Assembly (NCBI RefSeq): GCF_004010195.1 | Contig: NC_057751.1 | Location: 2,306,464-2,370,463, forward strand | Reading direction: 5' to 3' | Length of the DNA: 64,000 bases | Source of the DNA: Chiloscyllium plagiosum | Lineage: Eukaryota | Shown: piece after piece, positions 62,404-64,000 of the stretch | Layout: each line of letters starts with the position of its first letter | Numbering within the stretch: the stretch's first letter is position 1 | Translations under genes and position numbers: made by a program | The notes under the pieces: generated by a model | What the model was told of the DNA's origin: nothing | Seen by the model: only the letters and a program-made list of their open reading frames with translations | The model's database searches: none

Positions 62404-63877
62404 TGTTATAAATTGGAGATCAACACCCTTCCTGATAACTAAAACCAAAACATCCAGAGGGGCTTGCCTCACCTCAAACTCTGTTAAAAGAAGTGCGACA
62501 AGTGGTGTAGCCCAGTCTGTTATAAAAGAGTGATTAAATGAAATGAAATCCTTCCACTCATTCTACAATCAACAAGGAACAATTTATTTACCGAACTCCA
62601 ACAGTGAACAAATTAATACAGATTTTTCTCCTTTCATGCCATAGTTGCATTCCAGCAAAACCTCGCTTAATCGAAATAATGGGGCCCATTGGAAAGTTGG
62701 AGTTTGGGGCAGACTCACAAAGTGTCACTCACAATTGCTCAAAAATCACCCACAAGTCTGATGCAAAGTATGGCACAACCTGAATGAACATTGAAATTAT
62801 ATTTATTAATGAAACAAAAGTAAATTTAACACAATACATTTAACAATATAAGAAAGCTGCTCTCTGTACAGTACCCCTCACAGAAAACTGCTCTGTTGGC
62901 AGCTGACATCGTGCATGTGCAGAACGGCACAGCGACTCTGACACGGACATCAGTGCATGTGCAGAATATTAAAAGCCTTGGCGCATGTGCAGAATGGCAT
63001 GAAGCTTTCTGTGTGCACGTCAGCGCATACAAAGAATAAAGTGCGCAAACCATCCCCTTTCGAATCACTCTATTGCCAACGTAGATAAGCGTTCGACAAA
63101 ATATCATAACCTAATTATTCAGCGACATTCTCACCAAATCATGCTGCCAAAATAGACATTATCTCAGGACTACCTGTAGAACAGCTGACAAAATGAACAT
63201 TTCTCCTCTACCCATTAACTGTTCCCAAATAATCCAAAATTCTAAATGGTGTGCTGTTTCCATAAATACAAGTCCCACTCAGATAATAAAACAATAGAAT
63301 TTAGTCTCTCAAACTTACAGCCAGGTTATGTTTTCCGGATCTTTCTGTGTCTTCTCTATTGATCTTCTTTCAGGGATGCCTCCTCCTTTGAATTCTTGTA
63401 TCAGGAATGCTTTTCTCCATCGAATTCTATTGTCAGGAATACCAGCTAAGATTGCCACTGCAGCTTTAGTCAGATGTTGGTTACTCTGAGAGCTGAGAGA
63501 TCTAATGTCTTCAGGTGTCAGTTTGCTCTCATAAGTCCTCTTCTTTTGTACCTTTGAGATGACCTGTTAATTTATTTGCAATCAGATTGGTTCTAGGTTG
63601 TCAAAGCCATCAGATTTAAATTTAATTGGTCTCTTGTCTCCAAGTGCTTGTTTTAAATTAATTGGCTAAATTTAAAAATCTGTTGTCTTGTTAAAAATGC
63701 TGCTTTGCCTGCTAGCAGTATGGCTTTTTGATACAAATGTTTCAATTCGAGAACCTACGACTGGCAAGCTGCTGCCCACACATACTCATTTTCAAATTGC
63801 TGGCATAGAACAAAAAGCACGCCATGTTTAAAGGGACTATGCATTGTCGCCCTCCCCCCACCATCATTTTTCAAACA
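62404..63877 (-). mobile_element. Solo LTR with nested MITE
   Basis: TGTTAT start immediately after the Rex1-like KATGPD; probable ...CAAACA end at 63877; similar to the 57825 and 45408 LTRs. Confidence 0.5.
62619..63176. mobile_element. TA-flanked Tc1/mariner-pogo-type MITE
   Basis: TA|CAGATTTTTCTC ... GGACTACCTG|TA; related to the 28497 MITE; three internal GCATGTGCAGAA repeats (62912-62995). Confidence 0.55.
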
Positions 63878-64000
63878 TCAAATTCCTAATCGCGTCTCAC
63901 AATCCGCAAATACTCCACCCAATCACAGAATGCTTTCCTCGAGTTTACTCTCAAGAAGACCAATCTATTGTCTGCAGTGGTGACAGAGGGAACCGGTGCA

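Overview
Eukaryotic, repeat-saturated DNA. The repeat repertoire (HE1/V-SINEs, HER1-type CR1 LINEs, a Deu-domain SINE) points to a cartilaginous fish, probably a shark; that assignment is inference. I found no host protein-coding exon I can support. Most recognisable ORFs in the track are broken retroelement ORF pieces or their antisense shadows; the rest are short ORFs I could not assign. Contents: about 20 decayed CR1 LINE fragments; one L1 retaining both ends (10710-15916, minus; 15-bp TSD, polyA, in-frame endonuclease deletion); a Rex1/Babar-type LINE split by three later insertions; several solo LTRs, one nested; two TA-flanked MITEs; and tRNA-derived SINEs. The most interesting signal is six short fold-back (inverted-arm) insertions from two unrelated Penelope-like sequence families. 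Each has an 11-15 bp TSD and a 31-49 nt unpaired tail, and five of the six carry a minimal hammerhead-ribozyme core. In three copies the inversion point sits on the ribozyme core. In one copy (43681-44074) the inverted arm ends exactly at the predicted self-cleavage nucleotide. All family names come from motif recognition by eye, not database searches, and boundaries of old fragments are approximate.
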